From assembly GCA_964016885.1 (NCBI GenBank), contig OZ024762.1, positions 27,714,001 to 27,778,000 on the forward strand: DNA of 64,000 nucleotides, in the 5' to 3' direction. The notes under the pieces were generated by a model. That model did no database searches and was not told where the DNA came from. It saw only the letters and a program-made list of their open reading frames with translations. A program made the position numbers and the translations under genes. Every line of letters begins with the position of its first letter. Positions within the stretch are counted from its first letter, which is position 1. Source of the DNA: Eledone cirrhosa. Its lineage: Eukaryota. Positions 1-13,030 of this stretch are shown piece by piece.

Positions 1-1400
1 GTTTACAGTGTGGACTGGGAGGTTTTTCCCATGTTACCTACACAGCCACATTACAGCGTGGATTGTGTTTTTTTGTCGTGACACCTACACGACCTCATTT
101 ATTTCGGACTGGATGTTGTGGTACCAACATAACTTTACATCGAAAGGGGTGGTGTGGATGGAGGGGTATATTTTTGTTAAGAGGTGCCTACTGACTGTAG
201 GTTTCTCTTTGTACTTAGACCAGGTGGGACTTCTGTATTACTGTGTAGCGCCAAAGATCTCGGTCCAGTGACATTGTCTTGGAGAGGTGTAAGTGTGTGA
301 GGTCGGAATTTATCAAGTCGTCCCAGGTTTTTCTGGGTCTGCCTACTCCGTGGCTACCATCTATTTTTATCGCCCTGCACTTATTTATACAGCTGTCGTC
401 TTACATGCGCATCACGTGACCATACCAACATAGTCTTCTCTCGAGTAAACAACATCTGATCCCTCTTATTCCTAATTTCTCACTTAGTTCATTTATGCTT
501 TGCCGTTCACGTATATTACTATTACACATCCAACAGAACATGCAAGCTTCGTTCCTTTCCAGTCTGCATATATCCTCTGCACACAATGCCCAAGTCTCAC
601 TGCCATGTAACATTGCTGTTCGTATGCAGGCATCATACAGCCTGCCTTTCATTTTTAGAGAGAACCCTTTAGCGGCCAATAGTGGTATAAGCTCTCTGAA
701 CTTTTTTCATCCCGTTCTGACTCTAGCTACTGTACTTTCAGAGCACCCTCCACCACTGCTGATTTTGTCACCCAGGTAACGGAAGGTGTCCACTATTTCT
801 ATAGAACCATCTGTGCAATGGAATGAGCTAGTATTCTGTGGGCACTTGCTGCTACTTATTGCACCTGAGCACCGGCCACATATAAAATCTATATTCTTAG
901 TTAGCCTACCTGTGATCCCACTACATCTTTTATGTACCCATACTTTGCATTTGGGACATAAAATGGAGTTTCTGCCTTCTCCTTACCTACACACTGAGCA
1001 TGGCCATTTCCCAGATGGGACCAGTGCCTTATTTTCCTTCCTACAAACTAGAACTTTAGTCTTTGACAGGTTAATTTTAAGGCCTTTTGATTCTAGGCCA
1101 TGCTTCCATGTTTGGAATTTCTTCTCTAGTTCAGCTATGAGCGTTAGATCATCTGCATATAGGAGTTCCCATGGGCAGCCGGTCTTGAACTCCTCTGTTA
1201 TAGCCTGAAGGGCAATAATAAATAGTAGGGGGCTAAGGACAGAGCCCTGATGAACACCAACTTTTCCGCTAAACTCTTCACTATATTCGTTGTTAATTCT
1301 AACCTTGCAGACTGTTTCTTTATACATGGCTTGTATAGCTCTCACAAGCCATTCATCAACACCTAGTTTTCTAAGAGCCCACCAGATAATGGAACGGGTT
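1..1400 (-). mobile_element. 5'-truncated, frameshifted RTE-clade LINE (RT C-terminal half plus 3' UTR running off the window start)
   Basis: ORF pieces 983-1408 (VGVHQGSVLSPLLF, LLYADDL) and 401-679 (LHGSETW, RRLCWYGHVMRM); near-identical to the plus-strand copy at 47368-48620. Confidence 0.9.
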
Positions 1401-4029
1401 CTCTTCACTGCGTAGAAGTTTGGCTTTTAGCAGATTCTTTACCACGTGCGAGTTTGGCTTACTTAATACATGACAAAACTCAATATTTATATACCTTAAT
1501 ATTGAAAACATGAAAAAAACTACATATAATACATATAATAGAGAGGGTGCGTGTGAGAAAGCTTAAAAATTACATGGCAGCAATATAACTGTTAAATATT
1601 CAAATAATTTAAATTACTGAAGGAAGAGGAAAGAAAAGAAAGGCATAGAGGAAGAAACAGATGAGGGGATAATATAGATAGTAGGAGCCTAGAAAACAAA
1701 GGAGAGTTAATTACAGAGAGAGATAAAGAGGAATAGCTTATATATTGTAATAATATAGGGAGATATTAAATTAGAACAACATTTGTGCTTAGCTTTAGGA
1801 AAAAGGAAAAAATTCAATTCATTGAATTATTGAAATATCTAAAAATATTCATCAATCGGAATTTTAATTTTAAATATAATTGGGTGTATTCATATGAAGG
1901 TTAATACCAAGTCTTTAGACAATTATCTATATATACAATATATATCCAAACATATCTGGTTGACCGTTAACATACAAATCATTTAATTTAAGTTAGTTCA
2001 GAGTAATGAATAATATTTTAGGTTATAAAAGTTAATAAATATCTGTATTAATATTAAAGTATACTATCATATTTAATTTCTAAAAACGAATTTTATGAAA
2101 TCAAATTTAAAGGATTTACAAACACGAGAAAAAAAACATAATGTTTTTACAACCTCACGAAGGTAAACTTTACTAAATTTATTATATAATATTAAATTAT
2201 TTATATTATATTGAAAACAGTTTATATTATATAATTTAGAAAATAATTACAGTTATAATTTTAAATTTTTAAAGAATTTTAAGATTAACAAATTGAATGC
2301 CTAAAGGATCAACATGCCTTATAATTAAACTTAAAAAGTTTGATTATTAAATTATATATATGCGTTTATCAAAAAAATCGATAAAGATTATATTGTCTAA
2401 AGACTTAAGATGATACCTCTCAAATAGACATAACATAATATAATCCAATAAATAAGATACTGAAGATATTGTTAAAATTAATGTTTTAGATCAATTATTG
2501 TAATAGAATCATTTAATAGATATATATTATAAATATACAAATCAAAACTTCACGAGTCCTAAGGATAAGGACTAGATGCAAAATAAAAAAAGGGAAAAAA
2601 GTAAAAATAATGAATTGTTTGCGATCATAAAAGTGCCCAATTTTAAAAAATATAGTTTAAAATGCAAGAGGGTTTTTTTTTTATTTATATAGTAGACAAA
2701 CAACACTTCTAAAGTGTCCACGAAGATGATAGAAAGGGGAGCTAAGGATTTGAATGACCCGAAGGTAACCCAAATTTAATTAAAATAAATTAAATTAAAT
2801 TAAGTAATAATCGTTATATAATTTAGAACATTAAGGAAATATCTAACAATTATATCAATAGGGAGTCAATTGAGTATACAAATTACTTATAAATGTAACT
2901 AGGAGCATGTTATTATACTAGATAAGCAAATTTGCTCAAATATATAGAGAGAGAGTATTATAGGTATTAGTGAAATGATATACATATAATAAATAAATAA
3001 TTACAATCATTATTAGTAATGTTATAAATGTAGTTTTACCTCCAGTTCAGTGGAGAGAAAGACCAATATTTGTCGATTAGTATGATTTGTGACATTTATA
3101 CTTAAATATATATAAAAAATATATATGTACAAATCTAACTTTCTGAATCTTAAAACATACCCAAAATGAGTAAAATATATAAATGCAAGAATGATTTACG
3201 GTTCAATTATAACCGGTAATCTTACAAATTATATATCCAAATTATATATTTAAAACAAAGACAAATATATAAGGATCCCAATCTATATTATATATATCTA
3301 AAATAATCCAAAGGTGTACATATTTATCAAGAGATGTAAAACTCATTCTTTGATTTATTCATTGAACCTTGTTTAACCTTTAAATATATATATATATATA
3401 TTTATAAGGGATAACAAAATATTGTTATAGGTAATCCAGTTAGAGGTTGTGAATACTCCTTATTATGGATAGTTTTAGCGTTCGGCTTTGTTTGACTCAA
3501 CAATAGGTTTACGTAGATGGCGAGTTTATGATTTAACTTGTATTCCTATGTAAGTTTATCTTGCAGTAATAAAATTGAAAACATGTGAAGAATAACATGG
3601 TTGCCAGTACAAAAAAGGGGAATTTATTTACAGTCTAACAATTGTTTCTCTGATTGAGTTGTCTAAAAATTGCTGAACACTAGAAGCAGTGCCACTCAAT
3701 CAATTTTAAATACGATGCTAGCTCAATCATGTCATCAGAAACTGTTATAAAAAATATATATAACCGGCAAATCTACAAATTCAATTTACAGCATCAATAA
3801 TAATATTAGTAATAAAGATATAGAGAGAACAAAAGAAAGAAAGAGAGATAGATAAAGGAAAGAAAAAGGAAAAATAAAAAGAAGAAAAAGGAAAAAGAAA
3901 AAGGAGAAATGAAAACAGTGAAAGATATAGAGAGAAAAAAAATGATGCAGAGAAAGGAGAGAAAAGGATAGAGGAGAAATGATGTAAGAGAAAAAAAATG
4001 ATATCAACAATAAATGAATAAATGTTTGC

Positions 4030-4640
4030 ATCTCTGAGTTGCCAGATTTGTAAAGAATTCATAATGCACGCAAATAAGTACCATAACACCAAATACAAAA
4101 CATAAACATATAACATCATCACAACCAAACACACATCAGAACACATCACCACAATACATAAACAAACCTAATTCTCAGCCCACACATAACAATTTACAAA
4201 ACTATATTGAAGAACCAGCACATAGGAAAGCATCTAAATGTAATTGTCATCTACCTGACAAATGCCCATTACAAAATAGATGCCTAGAGTCTAATATAGT
4301 ATACCTATGTACTATAAATTCAGGCAGCTTAGCATGGCACTACATTGGATCGACAGCTGGAGAATTTAAGAAAAGGTGGTATGTCCACAAACACTCTATG
4401 ATTAACAGAAAACTCATAAATACAACAACTCTGGCAACTCAGAGATGCAAACAGCGAATATAAAATCAGCTGGACGAAGCTATCAACAGCAACGACCTAT
4501 CAAATTGGCATGTCCCACTGTAGTCTTTGTAATATGAAGCTTTTCCAAATTTTAAAGTACAGCAAAATGCTACTTAACAGTAAAATTGAAAGAACTATTT
4601 ACTGTAGGCATAAAATGGCTACCAAATTTGAGACATGTAT
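4030..4640 (+). pseudogene. Decayed Penelope-like element GIY-YIG endonuclease remnant
   Basis: Manual translation from about 4237: KCNCHLPDKCPLQNRCLESNIVYLCTINSGSLAWHYIGSTAGEFKKRWYVHKHS, matching the CNC..CPL..CL..VIY..YxGST..FK.R motifs of the 819-aa ORF; downstream frame disrupted. Confidence 0.75.
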
Positions 4641-4938
4641 GTGTGTAAGACAGTTGTTTGTGATTTGAAATGGATTTTGCTAATATTTCTAGTAGATCGA
4701 GTTATCACATAGAACCATTCCTTTTTGCTTCATACATATATACATACCTGAAAAAGTAAGGTGGGATTTGAAGGAAATTTGGCTGCTATTTCTACCCAAC
4801 AAAGTCCTCACTTATACTACTTTATATAGCAGAGGTACCCAGGATGCCTGCATATTCTTCCAAAGTAACACCATGCAGTAAATTTGCGGCTTCAGAATTC
4901 CTTGCAAACTACATGACTAAGGAATTAGGATCTGTGTG

Positions 4939-5447
4939 TCATCATCATCATCATCACCGTTTTACGTCCGTTCTTCCACGCTAACATGGGTTAGACGGGT
5001 TGTCCTGTTGTGGGCAGTGTCTAGTCGGCTGACCATGCCTTGCTCATACAGGAACTGATTTGGCTTGATTTCTACAGCTGGATGCCCTTCCTAACACCAA
5101 CCTCATTTACAGTGAGTGCTGGGTGCTTTTTCGTGGCGCCTACACGTCCACTTTACAGTGTGGGCTGGGTGCTTTTTTTACCGTGGCACCTCCACGACCA
5201 CCTTGCAGTGGGGGGGGGGGCATGTTGTCTATATGCTTCAGCTTGTACCCATGGGAGGTCGGGTACTCTGTATTACTACGTGACGCCAGAGGTCACGGTC
5301 GTGTGTCATCGCCTTTGAGAGGTGTAATTGGGTAAGGTCGGCTTTCATCAACTCATTCCAGGTCATCTTGGGTCTCCCCACTCCGCGGTTTCCATCGACT
5401 TCTAGTGCTCAGCACCTTTTTATGCAGCTGTCATCCTTCATACGCAT
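4939..5447 (-). mobile_element. 3' fragment of an RTE-clade LINE with (GAT)n tail
   Basis: (CAT)n at 4939-4957; the CTGGATGCCCTTCCTAACACCAACC 3'-UTR motif shared with other RTE copies; minus frame MRMKDDSCIKRC*ALEVDGNRGVGRPKMTW. Confidence 0.8.
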
Positions 5448-5528
5448 CACATGTCCATACCAACACAACCACCTCTCTTCTCCGCCTCTCTGTTTGTATT
5501 GTCATTGAATGAGGAATTACGAAATTGC

Positions 5529-7060
5529 TCATTCCAAAGCCTCTGGATAAACAGCATTCTTGGTTTTGCCCTGTGGTGCCACAATGAAGAGACAATCAGA
5601 GTTCCCAACCCTTGTTGTGTCAACATAGAGTTGACCATGTGAAAAGACAGGATCTGCCAGATTCAACCCAACGACTTTCAATCATTACCCTTGAGATTTA
5701 TTAATGGTCATGGCAAAACTGAGTCTGATCGGAAATTGAAGTCTTTGAAATTCAAATAGCAAATCAGTTGGCTTCAGAGGTATTCTGGGAATGAAACAAT
5801 TGTCACCAGCAAATTTTCCTGACATGATTGCAACTTCTAGAACATTAGACATCATATTTTTGATGATGAGTCTTGTGCCATTACAAAGTTTTGGAGGATC
5901 CAGATTGCGAAGTAGCATAACCGATGCTCCAAGCTTCAGTATCAGGTTGTGTGGAGGAATTCCCGCTTGTTCAAGACTGTTCAAAAATTCAGTTGGATAG
6001 TTTACAACCTGGTCTTGAGAAGTGAGTGTGTCAACTGATTTGTAGCATATTTTCTCTCCCGGTAACATCTCCAACAGCCTTCTGTTGATTTCTTTCACAG
6101 CAACATTTTTAGGTGCTAAGATTGTTCGTTCACAGTGCCTGGTCTGAATGGTTGGAAACACTCTGGCAATCAGTTCTTGTTCTGTGTCAAGGATATGGCC
6201 AAATGACAACTGAATATGGTCATTGGAGTCCTTTTCAAGAAGTCCATTTCCCAATTTAAGTAGTTGGATGGCAAACTCACTGACACCTTCGTCACCAGTT
6301 AAGTGCACTCGCATGTTGGTTGTAAGGCTCAGCAGCTGAAAGTGGGGCCAGAGGTAGGATGTTTTCAGACAGGCATTGACCTAATCAGTTCGAGCCCCTT
6401 AAAGAATTATAGGCAGAGTTTGTCTGAAATCACCAGCAAGAACCATTGTCACTCCTCCCATTATGCAACTATTTTCTCTCAGATCCCTTATCGTCCGGTC
6501 CAAAGCTTCAATTGCTTCTTTATGGCTCATAGTAGCTTCATCCCAAATTATCATCTTGCATGTTTGCAGAAGCTTGCCCTTGGGTGGGTTCTTCTTGATG
6601 CTGCAAAAAGATTGTTTATGTCGTGTGAACTCTATGGGCAGCTTAAACATGGAGTGTGCAGTTCTTCCTCCATCCAGAAGTGTTGCTGCAATGTCACTTG
6701 AGGCCACAGCAAGGGCAACATGTTGCTTTTGGCGAACTTTTGCAAGCAGGAGGTTTATGAGGAAGGTCTTGCCTGTGCCAGCAGGAGCATCGATGAAGAA
6801 AAGTCCTCCCCTGTCATTTTGAATGTTTTCGATGATGTTGTGGTAGGCATATTTCTGGTCATCCATCAATCGAGGTTCATTTTCATCCACAAACTTACAA
6901 AATGTTTGAATATCGTAGTTTGTCTCCTGAAAAATGTCTTGTGCTACCTCCATTTCTTCATCTGGCTCTGGCATCCCGCAGTTAGCTAATGTGCTATGCA
7001 TTGCCTGAACTCGATGGGACATGTCACAGAGAGCTTGATTGTAAATCCTGGGGGTATATT
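5529..7060 (-). mobile_element. Helitron Rep/Hel PIF1-family helicase fragment (pseudogenised)
   Basis: ORFs 6399-7115 (Walker A DAPAGTGKTF, IIWDEA, GDFRQTLP) and 5685-6314 (MLLRNL..LCNGTR, RLQFPIRLSFAMTINKSQG); homology continues past a stop as VFSHGQLYV..NAVYPEAL; frameshift/stops present. Confidence 0.9.
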
Positions 7061-7269
7061 CCATATACATATTGCCATATACATTCCATATACATATTGC
7101 CATATACAAAAACAATTTAACGGACAGTTAGATTTATTTCTACAGTTACATTTATCAAAATTCAAGTTACTAGGAGCCGTATTATTAAATTGGATATTGC
7201 TGGGGTTGTTAATAGTATTCTGGTTACAACCCCAGCAATATCCAATTTAATAATACGGCTCCTAGTAAC

Positions 7270-7692
7270 TTGAATTTTGATAAATGTAACTGTAGAAATA
7301 AATCTAACTGTCCGTTAAATAACAATTGTTTAGCTAAAAATATAGTATATAATTGTAATGTAAAAACTAATTTAAATTCATTTAATTATATAGGTTCTAC
7401 TTCCACAGACTTTAAATCTCGTTTTAATAACCATAAATGCTCTTTTACGAATATAAATAAAAAATATTCAACTTCTCTATCTAGATTACTATGGGACCTA
7501 AAATCAAAGAACATTAACTATTCTTTACTTTGGAATATTATTTCCAAAGCTCCTCCATTCAATTCTTCTTCTGAAAATTGTGCTCTTTGTATAGAGGAAA
7601 TATTCTTTATATTAAAAAGCAAAAATTCTGTAAATTTAAGGAACAATCTTTTCAAATTAAATTCAACGTTTAAATATAAATTTAAAATGTAA
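7270..7692 (+). pseudogene. GIY-YIG endonuclease C-terminal fragment of PLE family A
   Basis: CNCRNKSNCPLNNNCLAKNIVYNC...YIGSTSTDFKSRFNNH...CALCIEE. Confidence 0.85.
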
Positions 7693-8279
7693 TATATAAC
7701 TCATCTTATTAAACCTATCGATAAATCATTAGATTCCTTCATACGACTGCCTAAAACTCTCTTAAATGAAATATTTTTTCCTTAAAAATTTTCCTTGAAA
7801 ATTCTTCTAGATAAACATACTGAAAGCTTTTTAAAAAAAAGGTATTTTTGAAAATTACTTTTTGAAAATTTCTCTTATGGGTATAAAGAAATTAAGATAA
7901 ACTTACTGAAAGTTTCTAAAAAAAAGTTTTTTTTGTTAATTCCTCTGATGGATATAAAAAATTATAATTCATATTTTATACTGTGTTTTTTTCTATATAT
8001 TCTTATATATATTTTAAAATTATATTGCTTAAAAATTATAATTCCTTTTTAAAATTATATAATTATATTTTTTTAAATTGTAATTCCTTTTAAAATTATA
8101 ATCCTTTTTAAAATTATAACTCATATTTTATTTTATATTATGTATTTTGTATTTATATATATATGTATATATGTATATATATGTGTGTATATGTATGTAT
8201 ATATATATATATATGTGTGTATATATGTGTATGTCTATATATATGTATGTATGCGTGTATGTATGTCTGTATATGTATT

Positions 8280-8833
8280 GTCGGGTCGTTGGCGACTAAA
8301 CTGGCAACCCCACCAAGGTTTCTTGGTGAGGAGGGTGACTTTGGACATCCTGCAGGACTAAAAACAAAACCTGTCAAAGGGCAAAGGAGCTCTTAAGAGT
8401 CAATGGCCATCCAAAATCACCGGGAGAGATGACCCCTTAGCCTTTGTCAAGGCAGAATTCTAGGAGAAGGAAAACTCTGATATAACACCTGCAACCCTGA
8501 TGGTATCCAATGATGTTGACTTGTTCTTCTTTTTGGTAAATATCATCTTGGTTAAGAGAGTGGGACTGGCTTTGTGCAGTGCCTTTGCTCACTATAAAAG
8601 CTTCACAGCACAGGCATTGCTTTATATCTGGAGATCTCTCTGCCCTTATCATCTCATGGTACCATGGGCCCAGCACTATGTGTCAATAATTGTCACAAGT
8701 GTAGTGTTTGTACCAGAGTTTTCAAGTCACTGGCTGAGACTAAAAAGTCACACTCGTTCAGCGCATCGGTAGGGGTTCTCCTACATGGATATAAAGTAGT
8801 GGCCGTACTCGAAAACGAGTTGGCAGCCACCAT
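8280..8833 (+). mobile_element. Internally deleted RTE-type element (5' UTR joined to C-terminal C2H2 finger and 3' end)
   Basis: 5' part similar to reverse complement of 63885-64000; 3' part reads CSVCTRVFKSLA-(frameshift)-LKSHTRSAH then a terminal hairpin gtggc..ctcg-aaaa-cgag..gccac. Confidence 0.55.
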
Positions 8834-9394
8834 ATGTATGTGTATATATATCGAAATGTATAATTTGAATACATTCTATGAATGAACTCATATAAAAGGT
8901 TTTTTACGGTTTATGCTTTAGATATATTCTTATGAAAAACTTTAAACATTAAGACGTTATAGTAAACAAACTTATATTTTAACAGTCACAACTGTATAAC
9001 ATGCGGATTTATGAAATATATAAAATTTATAAAATTATAACTTACTATAAAATAATATATGGTTTTTTTTATAATCTTAACGTTTTTTATCATCTTAACC
9101 TTTATAACATTTAATCCTTAGAGCTATCTAAATTTCAAATAAATCACTTGATTTCCTTCACGCTGTATTGCTATTACGAAGAAGAGATTTTTCTTCGGTA
9201 AAATCTCTGAATTTCCATGGGTTTAGAAACATTCCTATATTTTAAGCATAAAAAAAATATTTTATTTTTATTATTTCTTATTATTTTTTATTGATAATTA
9301 ATTTGAAAATTAATGATTAATGGTTGGTTGAAGATTAATAATAAATTTATATAAGGTTATGTAATAATAATATATATTTTAATAATATTTTTTT

Positions 9395-9456
<62 letters not shown>

Positions 9457-9643
9457 TAAAATAACAGATTAAAGTTTAAGCAAAGAATCGCTGCTTAATA
9501 TATATGTATATATTCTTTTAATAATATATAGATCTCAATTTTTAATTTATAGATCTCAATAATTTAATTGATTAATTAAATATTTAATCAAATTTAAACA
9601 TTAGATAAAATCTCCGGTTATTATTATTTATTTATTTATCATA

Positions 9644-9830
9644 GGGCAGTGGATTGGCAGTATCGGTAGAGGGTCGGACGTCATGCTTTCCAGCATAGTT
9701 ACGTCCCTTTACGATCTGAGTTCAAATCCCGCCGAGGTTCACTTTGCCTTTCATCCTTACGGGTCGATAAAATAAAGTACCAGTAATGCACTGGGTATTT
9801 GCTGACCTTGTGCCTAAAGTAGAAACAATT
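9644..9830 (+). mobile_element. tRNA-derived SINE with Meta-like central domain
   Basis: A-box-like TGGCAGTATCGG, B-box GAGTTCAAATCCC, central TTTGCCTTTCATCCTTACGGGTCGATAAAATAAAGTACCAG; same family as the copies at 60642-62180. Confidence 0.8.
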
Positions 9831-10177
9831 ATTTATTTATTTATCCACGCTTTATTTACTCTGCGTAATTCATCCACTATATATTTATTTTTTCTCTTCA
9901 TCATCTCATAAATTACGTTAATACAACACTCTCTCACTTAGGGTTTTCTCTTTTTCTCTTTCTTGTGTTTTCCTTCTTTGGGTTTGCTATTTCTGTTTCT
10001 TTTTTCCCTATTCCAACGGCTTAATTTAAATGTACTGGGATTTAAACGTCTCCGACACTAATTTGCATAATAGACCAATAATAAAGTAGTAACCCCACTA
10101 TCAGGGAGCTTCCAACCGACATGGTCGCATTATTTAAGGGTATGTCAATATTTGTTTATAAAAACTGATCTATATTA

Positions 10178-10242
10178 TATTTTATCTGATGAAAGCACAC
10201 CATAATTTAACTTGGTGTCCTTGAAATATGTATAATGAAATA
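10178..10242 (+). ncRNA. Type I hammerhead ribozyme (PLE family A pLTR)
   Basis: tattttat-CTGATGA-aagcacacca..tggtgtcctt-GAAA-tatgta-TA-atgaaata; flanks extend stem I. Confidence 0.8.
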
Positions 10243-10397
10243 AATATGGTTTTATAAATATAATTTCCATTTGTTAATATATTGTATTTTTACTCCAATA
10301 ATTTGTTGATTGCTTTATATCAGTTATAAAAATATTTGCTTGGTGTATCCCAACAAATTAAATCTAGCTTCTATATATATATATATATATATAATAT

Positions 10398-10485
<88 letters not shown>

Positions 10486-10645
10486 GAATATATATATATA
10501 TATATAAAATAAATATATATATATATGTAAAAGTTCTAAATTGTTGGGATACAACAAGCAAATATTTTTATAACTGATATAAAGCACTCAACAAATAATT
10601 GGAGTAAAAATTAACAAATGGAAACTATATTTATAAAACCATATT

Positions 10646-10710
10646 TATTTCATTATACATATTTCAAGGACACCAAGTTAAATTATGGTGTGCTTTCATC
10701 AGATAAAATA
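10646..10710 (-). ncRNA. Type I hammerhead ribozyme (PLE family A pLTR)
   Basis: Reverse complement of the 10178-10242 motif. Confidence 0.8.
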
Positions 10711-10861
10711 TAATATAGAGCAGTTTTATGAATAAATATTGACATACCCTTAAAGAATGCAACCATTACTGTTGGAAGCTCCCGGATAGTGGGGTTATAA
10801 CTTTATTTATACTATTATGTAAATTAGTATTGGATATTTTTAAATAAGCCGTTGGGTTACG

Positions 10862-10877
10862 GAGAGGGAGAGAGAGA

Positions 10878-10935
<58 letters not shown>
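10862..10935. repeat. (GA)n microsatellite
   Basis: Direct reading. Confidence 0.95.
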
Positions 10936-10938
<3 letters not shown>

Positions 10939-11819
10939 ACAAGAGAGAGAAAAAAGAAAAGAGAGGAAAGAGAAGCGAGAGCGAAAACTCTAAGTGATAG
11001 GTTGTTGAGTTGTCGTAACATTTGAGATGAAGTGAAAGAATAAATAAATATTTATTTTTTATGGATGAATAGAGAAATGTAAATAAGTGTGAATGGAAGA
11101 TACATATATAATATGAGAATTTTAACCATTTTTTAAATATGATTAAATGTTTAGTTTATCATTTAAATTATTGAGATCTATACATTAAAAATTGAGACCT
11201 ATATATTAAGAAATCTATATATTATTATTAAGACTATATATTATTAAAAGAATATATTCATATATATAGACACGCACACACAGATATATATACATATAAA
11301 TATATATACACACATAAATACATATACATATATATCTACGTACATAATATATACATACTAAGTATAAAGGATTTTTTAATTTAAGATATAGGAATTTTCA
11401 TAAACTTATAGATTTTTCATAGAAAATCTTAGAAAAAACAGAGAAAATCATTTCTATGTAATATCAAAGCAGCGTGAAGGAAATTACGTTATTTAGTTAT
11501 ATAAATGTTACACTTGTTAAGATATTAAAGGAAATTTTATGTTATACACACTTTATGTTATTATACAATTTTTTTATATATAAGTTTTATATCTAATAAA
11601 TCTACCTGTTATGTAGTTGTGACTGTTATTATATAGGTTTATTTATCACGAACCTTAAGAGAATCCTTATAAACGAGTGCAATCGAATTGTATGCATATA
11701 CACCTATATATACACAATTCCCACATATATGCACATAGACGAACCTACACATATAGGTAGATATGCATCACACATATATATATACACATACATACACACA
11801 CATAAATATATATACATGC

Positions 11820-11881
<62 letters not shown>

Positions 11882-11998
11882 TTTACGTATCGAGAAAGAG
11901 AGAAAAAGGAGGGATAGGTGATACATATAGTTATTTGCCAAGTAGCGTATGCCAAAGGTGCTCGATACTAGTGCCGGCAGTATTAAATATTCGAAGTG

Positions 11999-12050
<52 letters not shown>

Positions 12051-12052
<2 letters not shown>

Positions 12053-12164
12053 AACGAGTAGGACCCCGACGGCTGAGCTCAAGCCGTTTCGACGCCTAAT
12101 TCTGGACTAAATGAACATTTTTATCCTGGTATTTGAATAGCCGAGCTTCTCAAGGGGTAATTCC
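12051..12164 (-). ncRNA. Hammerhead ribozyme, U3-A8 core variant (inverted arm of PLE B)
   Basis: Reverse complement of 16021-16134. Confidence 0.65.
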
Positions 12165-12839
12165 ATATATGGTCAAAGTGATTGTCACAGGGATTGGTCA
12201 AAAGTTTGTTGTTGAGACATAATAATTCTATGATGGCAATTTATGGAGGGAAGGGGTAGCTAAACCTGCCAGTAGGAGGGAGAGGGGGTGGAGGAGACCC
12301 ATTCATGCGTTGATAGTGCCGACTACAGCTGGGCATGAGGTCAAAGAAGCTACTAGGGAGGGGGAGGAAGTCGAAACAGTAAGTAGAACAATAAGGGGTA
12401 AATATATAGAAAAATACTGAGTGTTAAAAAGCAATTAAATGTAAAAAAAAAAATAAACAATTTCTGGTTACTACGACCTAAGTCTCTCACTGGTACTTCT
12501 AGGCTAAAAAAATATACTAGGTGGGACGGAATTATAATGAGACCCTTTTAAGAGGTATAAGTAATAAACCAAGTATATCTTACGGTGACGGGTCAACAAG
12601 CGAGGGGCCAAAATACTAAAGAAACTACCACGAAATAGTAAATAAAGGTTTCTACCCCAGGCACAAGGCCAGCAACCACCCAGTGCAAAAAAGTAAACTA
12701 ATACGAAATAATAATTCAGAGTCCCGAAAAAGAATACTAATGCTATCTCTAAGGGTGCCGCCACGATACAAAAGTTCTAGTGCGAGCTACATAAAAGCTC
12801 GTACGAAGTAAAAGTTGATACGGAAGATTAATTCAGAAT

Positions 12840-12871
<32 letters not shown>

Positions 12872-13030
12872 TAAATACTGATAAAGGATAAATTAAAGCA
12901 AAGATACCACTAAGAAATATAGAAAGCACGGAAAAGGGGCAGCGGTCGGATAAGAGGGCAAGTATCCGGGGTCTAACACATCTGCTATAAAAAGCGGAGT
13001 CGGCCAAATCTATCGTAGAACATTCTATCG

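Larger units (their letters stand above)
7115..10372 (+). mobile_element. PLE family A copy 1: 5'-truncated, short 5' inversion, GIY-YIG tail, long AT-rich 3' pLTR with hammerhead
   Basis: Perfect inverted repeat 7115-7209/7226-7320; ORF 7270-7692; 3' region homologous to reverse complement of 10525-11700; interrupted by insertions at 8280-8833 and 9644-9830. Confidence 0.75.

Noticed and set aside
1410-4020. AT-rich stretch resembling organellar DNA or a PLE UTR
   Set aside because: No ORF, RNA gene or ribozyme core could be supported by eye
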